NCBI RefSeq assembly: GCF_004010195.1
Contig: NC_057759.1
Location: 6,923,853-6,987,852, forward strand
Origin: Chiloscyllium plagiosum
Lineage: Eukaryota
Direction of reading: 5' to 3'
Length of the DNA: 64,000 nt
Shown here: positions 1-13,520 of the stretch, one piece after another
Layout: the number at the start of each line of letters is the position of its first letter
Numbering within the stretch: the stretch's first letter is position 1
Program-made: the position numbers and the translations under genes
The notes under the pieces: model-generated
What the model saw: the letters and a program-made list of their open reading frames with translations, nothing else
Told to the model about the DNA's origin: nothing
The model's database searches: none

Positions 1-289
1 CATCGCCATATAATTACTATGGCTTCACGTTTAAGTTTGAGAGTAGGAATTCCTCTCGAGTAACGCAAATCCTTCCTCCCAAGCTATATCCACCATCAAC
101 AAAAAAAAAACATGAATTGATGCATTGGAATACTTCCCACTTACATGGATGACTGTAACTCCAGCAAATTAAAGAAACTGGACACTGCCCAACTTGTGTG
201 ATGGTACCACATTCACTAAACGTCTCATCTCAGTGGTAGTGAAACTAGTGCATAAACCTTGCATGGAAAACAATAATCTCCATTCAGAG

Positions 290-1310
290 AAGTGAAATTT
301 TATCACGAATTGTTCCTTTGACAGAGGAAGATCTTACCTTACTAACTTGGTTGCATTTTTCTAAGAGATGACCTAGTGTGTAGATGACGGTAATGCAGTA
401 CATATAGTTTAGATGAATTACTGCAAAACCTTTGAGATCATCCCACATAGGAGGCTGATAAAGAAGGTAAATATCTATGGCCTTCGGGTAACTTGGGAAA
501 TTGGAATGCTGCTTGTGTGACTGAAGGCAAGTGTCCAATGGTGTACAACAGGGATCAGTTCTGCGTCACTTATTGTTCATGGTATACATATATGAACAAT
601 GCATGTCAGTATGTCTGTGATGGGGTTAGGATGGCGGTTACGAAAGATACGTAAATTTGTGGATTATATTAAGTTTTTTTATTGACAGTGAGGAACATTG
701 TCTTGGTGAAACAAACAGATTAATCAGATGGGCAAATCAGTAGCCGATAGAACTTTCCCCTAATGTTTATGAGGTGATGCAGTGTGTCAGAAATAACAAC
801 ACAAGAAAGACACTAGGGAGCTCAGAGAAACAGAGGGATCTTGGAATGTTTGTCCGTAAATCTCCAGGTGGCAGGCAGATTAATAGGATAATTAAGAAGG
901 CATACACGATGCTTGTCTTCTTCAATTTAGGCACAAATTGTAAGAGCAGGGAGTTTGTGTTGGAGATTAACTCAGCTACAGCTGAAGTATTATGTCCACC
1001 TCTTCACTGCACGATAAGAAAGACATGACTGCACTGGACGGGATGCAGATGAGTTTCAGCAGAGTTGCCTGGAATGAAACAGGTTAGTCATGAAAGCATG
1101 CGAGATAAGGTCGGGTTGTATTATTTGGAGCAGAGAAGTGTTATAATTATAATTATCAGATACAATTATCAAATGTTTGGACAGGGTTAGTAGAAGACAG
1201 TTATTCCCCTTACTTGCATGGTCAATAATGAGGGGGCACAAACTTAAGATGAAAGGAAGATTGATTTGACGGAATTTGTGTTTTTTTTTATTTTCACCCA
1301 TGATTCAATG
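290..1310 (+). mobile_element. Decayed CR1-clade (HER1-like) LINE ORF2 fragment
   Basis: RT/3' remnants such as 'QRDLGMFV...IIKKAYTML' in ORF 774-1028; many stops and frameshifts; boundaries approximate. Confidence 0.75.
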
Positions 1311-2280
1311 ATGTTATCCTCCCTCACAGTGTCACAGAATTACAACACGTGGACTCCAGTTGTTCAAATAAACAGCTCACCACCACCTTCCCAAAGTGGC
1401 AATGAACGATGGGGAAAGCAATGCTGGTCCAAACAAAGGCACTCACATTGCGGGATTGAATCGAAAATGAATAAGTGGACAATATTCAGCACGATTTACA
1501 CCTGCTCAGGCATTGAAAGAAATTCCTCCCGAAAACGAGGAAGGTCTGTACAAAGTTCAATATTGGGCTGATAAATGCCAGACAATGACCAGGCAAACGC
1601 TAACAATTGTCTGTTGGGATTAGCATCACTGAACCACTGATAATCAACATTCTGAAGATTACCATATCTCACTAACAGTACTGGTAAAGCTAAATAATAT
1701 CAGAGCATGTGAGAGGCGAGCATCCTGCAGCGGTTTTCTTGCCTCCTGACTCCACAAATCTTTCCACCATCGACAAGACACAAGTCAAGAGTATGACAAT
1801 ATTATCAATTCTTGCCTTGGTTATTGCAAATTAAAGTATGTAAACACGATGCAGGAGAAAACAGTTCACTTATTCAAGGCGCATCCACAAACATTAATTT
1901 CCCCCACTCCCGATGCACATTACGAGTAATGTGTACATTCTCCAAGATAGTACTAAAGTACACCAATGCTCCTTTCGCAGAAACTACCAAACGTGCAATC
2001 ACGATCATCAAGAATGTAAAAATGAATAGATAAATGTCTATCTGTCACCTACAATGTCCCTTACAAACTACACATAATATTGATTTGGAAATATGTTGAA
2101 GCTCCTTCTGTACCTCTCATTCAAAATAGTGGAACTCCCACCCAACACCACAATAATTCTATCTGGACAAAACAAAATGTACTTGTTGAAGGAAGCAACC
2201 ACCTTTTCAAGAGCAACTATGGATGACCAATGATTGCTGCATCAGAAAGCAACGTCTATATCCAACGAATTAAATTTCAA
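1310..2280 (+). mobile_element. Decayed non-LTR retrotransposon 3' region (L2/CR1-group family that recurs at 18983 and 53670)
   Basis: Shares 'tccaccatcgacaagacacaagtcaagagt' and the 'cagctcaccaccacctt' tail with the copies at 19-20 kb and 53.7-54.6 kb. Confidence 0.6.
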
Positions 2281-4070
2281 CTATAAATTTTCACTTGTAA
2301 CAGATGTTATTGATTTTGGCCTGCATGGTGAGAGATGACATTTAGTACACTTTTATAACAGATAAATATGAGAGAGTAGATTTGTTATTGCTTTTTCTGT
2401 ATAGAAGAGAATCTGAATGTTCACTACACAAGTAAAGCATGTACATTTATTTCTGTGACAGAAAATGCTAACAATGGGTGTCTGTATAAAAGGGAAAAAT
2501 TACGATGCACGATTAAGGCACGGGAATGAGAGGGAAGACTAAATATAAAGGTGTTAAATTGAAATGTACTTCAGCAATCCTTTAAGCTTAATTTTACATC
2601 AATCATGTTGTGATTTAGCCATCTTAATATAGCGATATTTGCGATCGAGGAATATAGACTCTTTAAGAAGAGTTAGATGCAGTTACCTCATTAAACATCT
2701 GCAGGACCTCAGAAAGGTCCATTTAATAATGATACCCATGTTCCCCAATAACCCTGGCATTTTTTTTCCTGTTCAAAGATTTGGAGGATGAACTCTTAAG
2801 ACGCATAAACATATATCAATTCAAAATGTATTCTGATACAAGTTGGCCTAAACGTTTTGAGCTATCATGGAGACAAAATTTTCCAGTTATAATGCTCCTA
2901 AAAGATGGTTTTACAGAACGTCGGAAAAATATGTGAAGAAAAGAAGCGTCCTTGTAACCCGATAAATTAAATTGTGGCACGTGACAAAAAGTCAATTCCA
3001 GAACAGGTCATTTAGATCAATTAAACATGACTACATTTTTTAAAATTAATAAGCATACTTCACACCAATTAATATTCGCAAAAGTTTCCACGACCAATAG
3101 TTGCTATTTGGTTACACTTTTTCTTCTGAGTCAGAAGGACCTGGGTTCAAGTACTATTTCTAGTCGTTAGTGTATTCAATTAATGTTATTATCAGATGCA
3201 TTTCTGAGGCACTGCTTCAGTTTCTGCTTCTGTTCGAGCTGAAAGCAGAGGCGGAGTGTGGTCGTGTCCTAATTATTTTTATCTCAAAAGTAAGTCAACA
3301 GAGAACGTCAGCAAATGCAAGTATCGTGAAAACGTATAGGATCATAACACATATGATGTGAAAAGATAGATTATATGAGAATGGTAGCATGTCCGGATGA
3401 AAACAAAGCACGTAACACTTGCAATTTCATGATTATATTAGAAGATGAATGAATAGATTAAATATAACCTAAATGCATAGATCCTTCAGAAAAAATAAAA
3501 CACAAAGATTGTAATTTAAAGTTGACAAGAATACTTGTGTTGAAATGACGACTTTTAAAAACAGAGAACTCAGGAATAAAAAATAAGTAATTTCACTAAA
3601 AAGGCTAACATGTCGATGTGTGTGTTTCAGCTGGAATAATGCATTATCTTTTAATTTCCCATTGCTGTAAGACTTTATTTAATTGCGAGGTTAGTGAAAT
3701 GGGGGTGACTAACTCAGTTATCCTGGCCACATGATCAAATCAACTTTGCTTGCATTTTCGGTAGCGTGCAAGTATGCCCAAATACACCGGAGTATTTAAA
3801 GAAAGAAGACCTGTGGTTCTTAGTAAAGCAGGAAATAATTAATGTTAAATAGAAATGTTATCTGTTTTTAGGCCCACAGGCAAGTTAGACTCTCAGCTCT
3901 GTTCTTAGAATAACCTCAAGGAAGAAGGATGTGGGTTTTAGTGAGATAGCTACATGTCAAAGACAATTGCCAGTTTTAACAATGTATCTGAAAGTTTCTT
4001 ATTAAAATTAGTGTACACAAGAGCACTTCGTACGAAACACAACATGTCATTTTAATGTATATCAATTTCC
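2047..4070 (+). repeat. Segmental duplication A, copy 1 (paralogous to ~16454-18580)
   Basis: Collinear shared words in both copies, e.g. 'aaaatgtacttgttgaagga', 'gataagttggcctaaa', 'gtgaagaaaagaagcgtcctt', 'aaatcaactttgcttgcatttt', 'gaagaaggatgtgg'. Confidence 0.9.
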
Positions 4071-4829
4071 ACGACCATCGTTGTTCTACTCCTTCAGTTA
4101 TGCAGCATTGCATTTACCAATCCTTGTGAAGGGAGATATAAGGTTAGTGTTTATCGGGTAAACAACGTACCTGTTTCTACTGGATTTTTCTTATATTAAC
4201 CCTCATTTTTACACCATTGAAATGATCATTTCACTCTTTTTACTCTAAAAGTTTCTTCTAAGTCACAATTACACTAACAAACAGTAGAGTTGGATGCATT
4301 ATTAAACAAGGTGTCATAAGGAAGTCATGGGAAATAGTTGAATAGGAAAAAAGAAGAATTGCATGCCATCCAGCAAAATCATATTCCTTTGAAACCAAAC
4401 ACGAAAAGCAATATAAACATAGTAACGATTGACGTTAAGGCTTATATTAGTTGTAAAATAACACGTGGTAAGCTTGCCAAAAAGTAGTAATAATGAAGCA
4501 TTAGAGAATTTAGCAAAACAGTAATAAGTCATTAGGAACTTCAGAAAAACGGTAATAAAACATTGGTAAAATTACAGAAATAAAGCATGAAAGGAAACTG
4601 GTCAGAAATTAAAACGAAATTCGTAAAAATAAATATTAGCAACAATCAATGTGGGCCCATTTTCAGCGGAGGCAGGAAAATCTGCACTGGGGAATACAAA
4701 AATGACAGACATCGAACCAAACATTTTCTGTTGCATTTACAGAAGAAATGTCATATCTCACTCAGAAGCATGAGCGATCCAGTGGCCAACGAGATTCGAA
4801 ATGTGAAGTAAGTAAAACTTAGTGCAAGT

Positions 4830-6250
4830 GTAGGACTGTCAGAAGGAATAGAACCATAAGTTGATGAATCTCTTGCAGCTAATTAATTATAACATAGAGT
4901 GTTGAAGAGCCAGCTGCACCAATAATAAATGCAGTGGCAGTTCTGTTTGAACGTTTGAAGGGTACGGTATTCACGCATCATATTGAAAGGGGTAAGCTTT
5001 CATTGATGTTATTTTGGGTTGGCCACATCTTAATGCCTATAAACGGTACTGAGCACATTATTTCCGTGGAGGAGGACGAGTTAGACAGCCATGTTATCAT
5101 TCTGTTGCAGTTGCAAACAATGGAAAGTTATTCTTGTCAAACCTCCATCGCCTAGAAGGTAGCTTTACATTTGCCCAGGTTGTTTTCAATTGTGGGAAAA
5201 AATGGAACCGTGGGGCTGCGGGGGTTGGGAAGGGGGCGGTAGGTAGAATCTCAGCTAGTACCATTTTAAGGTAGAGATGAGGACAAGTTTTTGATATTTA
5301 GTAAAATTGTCGTGAAACGTTGAAACCAATTTCACCACAAAGCGATTACATTGAATTATTTGACTACTTTAAAGGCTGAGTTAGATAACAAGTGTGCTAA
5401 CGATTTTCGGGAATAGGCTAAAATGTGGAGCTGCCCAGAAATACTTTTGATAATGCCCTATGCAGAAGGTTAGTAAATAAAATTAGTGTGTGTGGGATTG
5501 GTGGAATATACCAGTATATAGTGAAAAATCATCTAATAGACATAACGGAGCAGTTGGAGTACGGAGATCAGTCTGAGGAAAGCAGGTTGTTTCTAATGAG
5601 GTACCATCAATGCCAGTGTTAGATTCACAACTGTTCTCAACCTAAGGAAATTATTTGCAGGAGGCAAAGCTCATACTACTTTAAAGTTTGCTGTTGACAA
5701 GAAAATAAAGATTGGGTGTTGAACGATCTGATGGAATTTGCAAGCATGCAACATGCAGACTTGACATGATAATTGAACAGTATAGAACACGACTTTTTGA
5801 AAATAAGGAAAATATGTGTGAAGTTGTTACCTTCGAACAATAATACAGAAAAGCTTTATCTTTCTGATATGCTGTGAGACAGTGAAGTGTGGGAATCTCA
5901 AGAATTGCGAATATCCTTATCTCGGAGTCACAAAGAAACACATGAATGTACAACAAGCAACTAACAAGGCTTGGAAGGCTGACAGACCTGTTCTTGTTCT
6001 GTATTGTTCTTTGTTGCTCTTTCTTTCTTCAAATGATTTATTAACCTTCATCAGAAGAAGACTGGGTACAGAAGTAAAAATTCTTTCCCACAATTATATA
6101 GAGATGTGTTAATGTCTCATCTGGAGAAGCAAACTGTCAGAATCACATTAGTTCAAGAACGTATTTGCCATATAATGATATAGCAGAGGTTCACCACAGT
6201 GATTCCACATATGGCGGAACTGCCAGGTGAAAGATTGGGAAATCTGGTTC
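4830..6250 (+). mobile_element. Highly decayed CR1-clade LINE fragment
   Basis: Remnants such as 'FDNALCRRLVNKISVCGIGG' (ORF 5425-5622), resembling the CR1 RT motif FDKVPHRRL..KI...GI.G. Confidence 0.65.
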
Positions 6251-6616
6251 AACAAAAGATGGGTACATGCCTTGGCTTTTCCACAAGGTGGGGCACTACA
6301 AGGATTAAATTCCTCTGCTGATTTTTTAAAGATTCAGTCATGGGATATGGACGTTTCTGGCTAAACCACGATTTATTGCCCATCCCTAATTGTCCAGAAG
6401 TCAGCCACATTTCTGTAAGTCTACACGACTCACATGTAAGCCAGACCACGGAAGGAATGCCAGTTTCTTCCCGACAGAACATTAGTGAACCTGATGGGAT
6501 TTTCTGACAATCAACGATGGTTTTATGGTCATCAGTAAACTGTTAATTCCAGGTATTTCTTGACTTCAAATTCCACATTCAGCCATGTGGATTTAAACCC
6601 AATGTCCCAGAACATG

Positions 6617-6974
6617 CTTTTCCTCTCCTCTTCCCCCTTTGCTACCCTTCTCCCCTGTTTTCCATTTTGCCTCTGCTTCACCCATTCCCCCATCCCCAAC
6701 ATATTTTGTCACATAGCACTGGCTTCAGCCTTGATCATTCACAGCTCCTAATATCCCTATCATCTCTTCATGCACTGCCATGATCACCTCTTGGTTGCTA
6801 CCTTTGATTCTGGAGCCATGACTCACCTTCTCTTCGCCTAGTATAAATACCTCCCTATTCCCCCTTTTTCTTTAGCTTTGACAAAGGGTCAGTTAGACTC
6901 GAAACGTCAGCTCTTTTCTCTCCTTACAGATGCTGCCAGACCTGCTGAGATTTTCCAGCATTTTCTCTTTTGGC
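6617..6974 (+). mobile_element. Penelope-like element 3' fragment (pLTR tail) with an 11-bp target-site duplication
   Basis: CCCAGAACATG at 6606-6616 and 6975-6985 flanks a pyrimidine-rich segment that ends in a hammerhead motif and the 'cagatgctgccagacctgctgag' tail. Confidence 0.8.
6874..6912 (+). ncRNA. Minimal type-I hammerhead ribozyme motif, U3-A8 core variant
   Basis: AGCT-TTGACAA-A-GGGTC-AGTTA-GACTC-GAAAC-GTC/-AGCT: stem I AGCT/AGCT, stem II GGGTC/GACTC, palindromic stem III ACGT, predicted cleavage after C6908. Confidence 0.7.
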
Positions 6975-7413
6975 CCCAGAACATGTGCCTTTGAATTAGC
7001 AGACCGGGGATTATACAACTAGGCCACCATCTCTCCCTTGAAATATGTATAAAAATATATAGGCATGAAACCTAGAATTCCTAGGACCTATGTCACAACT
7101 GAAATGGCTTAAACTATTCTGATCGCATGGTGATTGCTGCTTTCAGAAAGGTTGAAGCCAATTTGTTTGTGAAACAGACTTTGATGTTTTAGACTTCTAT
7201 ATTGTTTTCTGTTCTTCGGACACCATTTTATTCTTTGTTGTATTTCACCCATTTTCTTCCCCTTGTCCCGGATACATCCTCTCATCTGCATGAAACTGCA
7301 TACCAACACCACTCTATTTGCGAAACAAAATCTCTCCTGCAATAACTAAAATTTTTTTGAGATCACAGTGTAACAGAGAACTGTAGAATGTCAGGCTCTG
7401 CGGAAAGATATGG

Positions 7414-7414
<1 letters not shown>

Positions 7415-7440
<26 letters not shown>
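7415..7440. repeat. (TA)n microsatellite
   Basis: Direct reading. Confidence 0.95.
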
Positions 7441-7445
<5 letters not shown>

Positions 7446-8789
7446 GAATAATGTCCAATGAAAAAGAGAATGAAACAAGAACATTTAAAAGGGACAGAAG
7501 TAGGTAATGCTGAAAAACTCAGCAGATTTGACAGCATCTGTGGAGAGACAACAGTGTTAACACTTCGGGTCGATTGACCGATCCTCATATCTTTTAGTAA
7601 GCACATGACAAGACTTTGTCATATGCACAATGGGGAGAAATTGTTTTCAGCCAGTAACAGAATTTAAAGACAAATCAAATCTTCCAATTTTGAATAATTT
7701 CCTTGTGTCATTGCAACACGAGGAACTGTTAGGTTGTTAAACCACAATTTTCCCAGGGCCTCATCACAGGCAAGAATTTAGTTGATGATGTCGTCCAGGG
7801 TTTTTATGGGTTTTATTTCCTATGGGTTAGCCTTGTTGCATATTTCAGTATTGTTACTGTTTCTGAATAAACATTGTAATGGCAGGCAGAGTACATGGTG
7901 TGCATGACAATGGTGGACAGATAACATCCACTCAACAATGACATTACAACGGTTCCTTACTGGCACTCTTTCAGTTTCTTGCTTTGACTTAAATGGCACA
8001 AATAAACTATACCAAGAATTCTGAACGTCCACAACTCTCACTGGATGCATTCACTTCGAGAAATTGTATATGCATAATGTATTGGAATTAATGCTAGATT
8101 GTGTCATAACTCACCAAGCAGGAGAACCAATGCGATTGTGTCCATGTTCTACCTTGAACTACTTTGAGATATGAGAATTTATGTAACACATATAGGGTGT
8201 CTATTTTTGGCTCGCTCAATTTAAAACCAGGAAGTATGTTTGCAAGGCTGTCAGAAGCACAAAACAAGCTGGCTGACATAACTAAATATGTAAAATACTT
8301 TGCCGATTTTGCCGATTTTGTCCAAGACGTCTACATTTGAATGGTAGAAGGTATGATGGAAAAAGTGCAGTTAAAAGAATATTTATTTATTAGGACTTTG
8401 AAAAAAGTGGAACACCTCTGGTGAGTATTTATGGGCGTATCATGAATTGTAACATTATTTCATGTTTCGAATCAAAAAGAAAACGACGTAAAATATGAGA
8501 AAAAACTTCTAAGCCATTAAGCTAGAACTGTTTTTCACTGACAGGCATTTTAGCTGCGAATAATTGGAAAATACTGGATGGAAAACTCAGTCCTCAATTA
8601 TACTTTAAAGTGACGTCCCATACACCACTTTGCCTCAATTCCAACCAACTATGTGAGACATATCATAATTTTCCTTTGACTTTGCGAATGTATCCAGTCA
8701 GAATATTCTCAGAACGGTGTTATGACCATTCAGTATCGACCTTTTCCCCCAAGCTTGTAAATATTTAGTAAACCATTTGCCACTCATTA

Positions 8790-11580
8790 TTGTATAGCTG
8801 CATGGAATCATCTCAGTTAGATTAGCCTTGATGAGTAGTTCGTTGGATGTATCTGTGATAGTTTAATTGGACAGTACATAATGGAACTGATGAGCGAGCA
8901 AGCTATTCTAGATCTGGTCCTGGGTAATACGACAGGGGTAACTAATGACCTAACAGTGAGGGATCCTCTTTGAAAGAGTGATCACAGAATGGGTGCATGT
9001 AGAATACAGATCGGGAGTGTGAAGACAAAATCCAATACCTGGGTCACTAGGAAGAGGGACGACTTGGCTAAAGTAGACGAGATGCAAAGATTTTATAGTG
9101 GGACAGTTGACAAGCAATGGAGGACTTCCAAAGCAATTTTTCAAATTGCTTGGCAAAAAGTCCATTGCAGTGAAAAGGAAGGACTTTAAGTAAAGGCGTA
9201 ACCTGTCATGGGTGTCTAAGGGAATAAGCGAGGCTATCAAATTGAAAGAGAAGGCAAACAAAGTGGCCAAGATCAACGGGAAACAAGAAAGTTGGGAAAA
9301 CTTTAAAGGACAACAGAAATCCACAGGTTGATCGGATTGCTAAGAAAGCATGTGGTGTGTTGGCGTTCATTGGCAATGGGATTGAGTTTCGGAGCCCCGA
9401 GGTCATGCTTCAGCCGTGCAAGATACTGGCAAGGCTGCACCTGGAGTATTGCATGCAGGTCTGATCACCACATCATAGCAAGAATGTGCAGCTTCGGAAG
9501 GGTTCAGAGGAAGTCTATATAACCTGTTGCCTGGTATGAAATGAAGGTCTTATGAGGAAATCCTGAGAGAACTGAGCTTTTGGCATTGAAGAGAAGAAGG
9601 TTGAGTGGTGAATTAATCAAGACATATAAGATAATCAGAGGGTTAAATAGGGTAGACAGTGAGAGCCTTTTTCCTTGGATGGCGAAGGCTAACACGAGAA
9701 GACATAGCTTTAAATTGATGGGTGATAGTTTTAGGACAGATATCGGGGTAGTTTCTTTACTCAGAGAGTAGTAGTAACGTGGAACGGCCTGCCTGAAACA
9801 GTAGTAGACTCGGCGATGTTAATGGATTTTAAATGTGCATTGGATATACATATGGATAATAATGGAACGGTGTAGGTTAGGTAGGCATCAGATTAATTTC
9901 ACACGTCGGCACAACATCGAGGTCCGAAGGGCCTGTACTGAGTTGTAACGTTCCATGTTCTATGTTCTAATCAGATGAAGACCTGGAAGCAATCATTATT
10001 ATGGAGAGGTAGTGTTAGGCAAGCTAATGGAGCTCTGGTTTAGTCAATGTACTAAAAGAGATGGCAGGTGAAATAACAAGTACACTTGTAGTAATTTTCC
10101 AAAATTCTCAGGACTTTGGGGCAGTTCCAGCAGAGTGAAAAACAGCAAATGTGTCACCACTATTTCAAAAGGTTGTAGACAAAAGCTGGACAATTATAGA
10201 CCGGTTAGCTTAACGTCTGTAATGTGGAAGATGCTTGAGTCTATTATCAAGGAAGAAATATCAAGACATCTAGATAGAAAAGTCCCTCTGGCCAGACACA
10301 GCATGGGTTCATGAAGGGCAAGTCTTTTGGAATACTATGAAGAAACTACGAGCAAGGTGGACAACGGAGATCCAGTAGATGTGGTGTATTTAGATTTCCA
10401 ACCGTGTCGCACAAGAGGCTCCTGCATAATATAAGGATGTGTGGCATTACGGGTAACGTATTAGCATGAATAGAGCATTGGCTGACTAACATGAAGCAAC
10501 GAATGAGGATAATTGTGTGCTATTTTGTTTGGCAATCAGTAAATAGTGGTGTGCCTCACGGGTCAGTGTTGAGACAGCAATTGTTCACAATTTACAAAGA
10601 TGGTTTGGAGTTGAGTACCAAAGATGGTTTGGAGTTGAGTACCAAGTGTAGTGTGTCAAAGTTTGCAGGTGACACAAAGATGAGTAGCAGAGGAAGTATG
10701 CAGAGGAGTGTGAAACATTCCAGAAGTATATTGAGTGTGTGGGCAAAGGAATGTTGGATGTAAAACAATGTTCATAAATGGGAAGTCATTCATTTTGATA
10801 GGACTAACAGTAAAAAGGTTAACACTTGAATAATATAAAGTTGCAGCATGCTGCTATGCAAAGGGGCCTGTGTGTCTTTATGTATTCATCACAGAGGGTT
10901 GGTCATCAGGTAAAACAAGTAATTAGACAGGAACATGGATTTTTGTCCTTTATTACTAAAGGGATTGATTTTAAAAGCAGGGACGTTATGTTGCAGCTCT
11001 ACAGGGTGCTGGTGATGCCATACCTGGAGTAATGCGTGCAGTTTTGTTGTCCTTAATTGAGAAAGGCTGTACTGGCACTAGAGAGGGTGCAGAGGAATTT
11101 CACTAGACTGATTCAAGATTTGAGAGGATTGGCTTATGAGGAGAAACTGAGTTGACTCTGAATTCATTGGAATTTACGAGAACGTGGGGAATGTTACAGA
11201 AACGTATAAAATTGCGAAGCGAATGGATAAGATAGCAATAAAGAGGATATTTCCATTGGCTGGTGAAATTAGGAGAAGAGGGAATAGCTTCAAAATTAGG
11301 GGAGCCGATTTAGGACTGAATTGACAAGTATATATGTTCACCTAAACGGTTGTAAATCTGAAGAATTCCCTGCCTAGTGAAGTGGTTGACGCTAATTCAG
11401 TACATGTTTGTAAAGCTAAGATGGATTTTTTAACAATAAAGGAATTAATGGATAGGGTGAGAGGACGAGTAAGTTGAACTGAGTGCATGAAAAGATCAGC
11501 CATGACCTTATTGAATAGCACAGCCGGCTTGAAGGACCTGGTGGCCTACTCCTGTTCCTAGTTATTTTGTTTTATGTTTC
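8790..11580 (+). mobile_element. Long decayed CR1-clade LINE with a nested CR1 3' end (~9325-9968)
   Basis: RT motifs 'NSGVPHGSVL', 'SKFAGDTK', 'DVMLQLYRVLVMPYLE'; the nested copy ends in a 'gttccatgttctatgttct' tail. Confidence 0.85.
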
Positions 11581-12089
11581 ATTATTTACCACTAAGATTA
11601 TTGTTGCAACTGCTGTTTGCCATCTGCATTGAAATCGTTAGTGAATTTGCTGATCATTGCTTTATTCTTGTATTTCATTGCCACAGTTTGGCATTTCTAT
11701 CATTTTGTACATTGTCCTATTGCAGCACAAAGTTTCTTATTGAAGATTAAGGTTACTGAATTTGTTGTAATGTGGCTGGAGTCTCTTGGTGAATTTAATT
11801 TGCCTTTGCATTGAGATTGTTTTATGTGTTGCTTATTTCAGATTCATGATTATTATTAAAATGTTTACTGCCCCTTCCATGAAGGTGTTGTTGAATTTAT
11901 GGTTGCATTACTTTACTGAATTAACTAAGTTATTTCAGCATTGTGGTTGTTGTCGTCTTTCAACAGAGGTGCTACTGCAGTCCTTCCATTTGTTGTTGTT
12001 GTACTATTTCACAGAATAACAGAATCTATACCGTGTGGGAGCAGCCATTTGGCCCATCAAGTCCACACGAATCCTCCAAAAAGCATCCC

Positions 12090-13250
12090 ACGCTAACACC
12101 AGGAAAGAATTTGACAAGGTGTTGCACAGGAGGATACTGAATAAGATAAGGCTTCATGGTGTTAGAGGCAAGTTGCTAGCATGGATATAAGCTTGGCTGT
12201 ATAGCAGAAAGCAGAGAGTGGAGGTAAAAGTATCGTTCTCGTGTTTACAGCTGGTAACAAGTGGTGTTCCAGAAAGCTCAGTGTAGGGAAGAAAACCTTT
12301 CACTTTATACATTAAAAATCGAAATGAAGGAAATGAGGGCAATCTGGCTAAGTTTGCAGATAATAAAAAGAAAGGTAGAGGGATATGTAGCATTGAGTGG
12401 ATGGGGAGGCTGCAGATGGTTTTGGACAGGTTAGGAGAGTAGGAAAGGAAGTGGCACTTGGAGTACAACAGGAGAAAATGTGAGGTCATGCGCCGTTGCT
12501 AGGAAGAAGAGAGGCATGGGTTATTTTCTAAACAGAGATATATAAAAAAAACTTCGGTAGTCTGAAGTGCAAAGAGACTTAGGAGTTCTAGTCCAGTATT
12601 CTTTCATGGTGCACTTGCAGGTTGAATCAGTTGTTGGGAGCAAAATGCAAAGATGTCATTTATTTCGAGAGGAATGGAATATAAAAGCTTGGATGTATTT
12701 CTGAAACTCTACATACCTCTGCTCAAGCCACATTTGGAGTATTGTGCGCATTTGTGTGCCCATTATCTTTGAAAAGGACGTATTGGCACTGGAGCATGTG
12801 TAGAGAAGTTTAACAATATAGTTCCCATGAATCAACAACTTAACATAAGAGAAATATTTGATCACTCTGGGTCTATACACGATGGAGTTTAGAAGGGAAT
12901 CAAACTGTAACTTATAGAATCCCGAATGGCCTGGAGAGAGTGGATGTTGAGAATATATTTCCATTGGTAGGAGCGACTAGTACCCAAGAGCAGAGCCTTA
13001 GAGTAAAGGGAAGTCCTTTTCGAACAGAGAAAGAAGAAACGTCTTCAAGAGAGGGGTGAATACATGGAACTCACTGGCACAGAAGACTGTGGAGGTTATG
13101 TCCTTGAGTATATTTAAGTGGGAGTTAGATACGTTCCTGACTGTAAAGGGGATCAAAGGAGAATGAGGTTGAGAAACTTATTAGACATGATTTAATGATC
13201 GAGTAGTCACAATGGGATGAATGGACTAATTTCTACTCCCATGCCTTATT
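12090..13250 (+). mobile_element. Decayed CR1-clade LINE 3' half
   Basis: 'aagtttgcagataataaaaag' (KFADD-like), 'catttggagtattgtg' (HLEYC), CR1-type 3' UTR. Confidence 0.8.
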
Positions 13251-13257
13251 ATCTTAT

Positions 13258-13520
13258 CAAACTCATCTATACACACACGTTACCTGATTCCGCATTTCCC
13301 ATGGCTAATCTACTTAGCCTGCACATCCCTGGACATTATGGGCAATTAGCCTGTACTTCTACGCTAATCTGCACATCTTTTGACTGTGCAAGTAAACCAG
13401 AGCATCCAGAGGGAACCCACGCAGACACTAGGAGAATGTACAAACTACATGCAGACATGGATGCAATCGATCCCGGGTCCGGCGCACTGTGAGGCAGCAG
13501 GGCTAATCGTGGAACCATCG
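13258..13520 (-). mobile_element. HE1-type tRNA-derived SINE
   Basis: Reverse strand gives a tRNA-like head and the conserved 'gtgtctgcgtgggtt...aaagatgtgcag' core. Confidence 0.8.

Noticed and set aside
4081..4180. Possible Ig domain-1 remnant after duplication copy 1 (acceptor-like 'ctccttcag' then 'LVKGDIRL'); similar hint at ~18585-18650
   Set aside because: Similarity too weak to support by eye; needs a sensitive alignment
10595..10644. 24-bp perfect tandem duplication inside a CR1 (similar short ones at ~8300, ~40485 and ~47298)
   Set aside because: Ordinary slippage or repair duplications with no sign of function
11590..12020. TTG-rich strand-asymmetric stretch with hydrophobic ORFs
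   Set aside because: Low-complexity composition explains the hydrophobic translations; no splice or domain evidence
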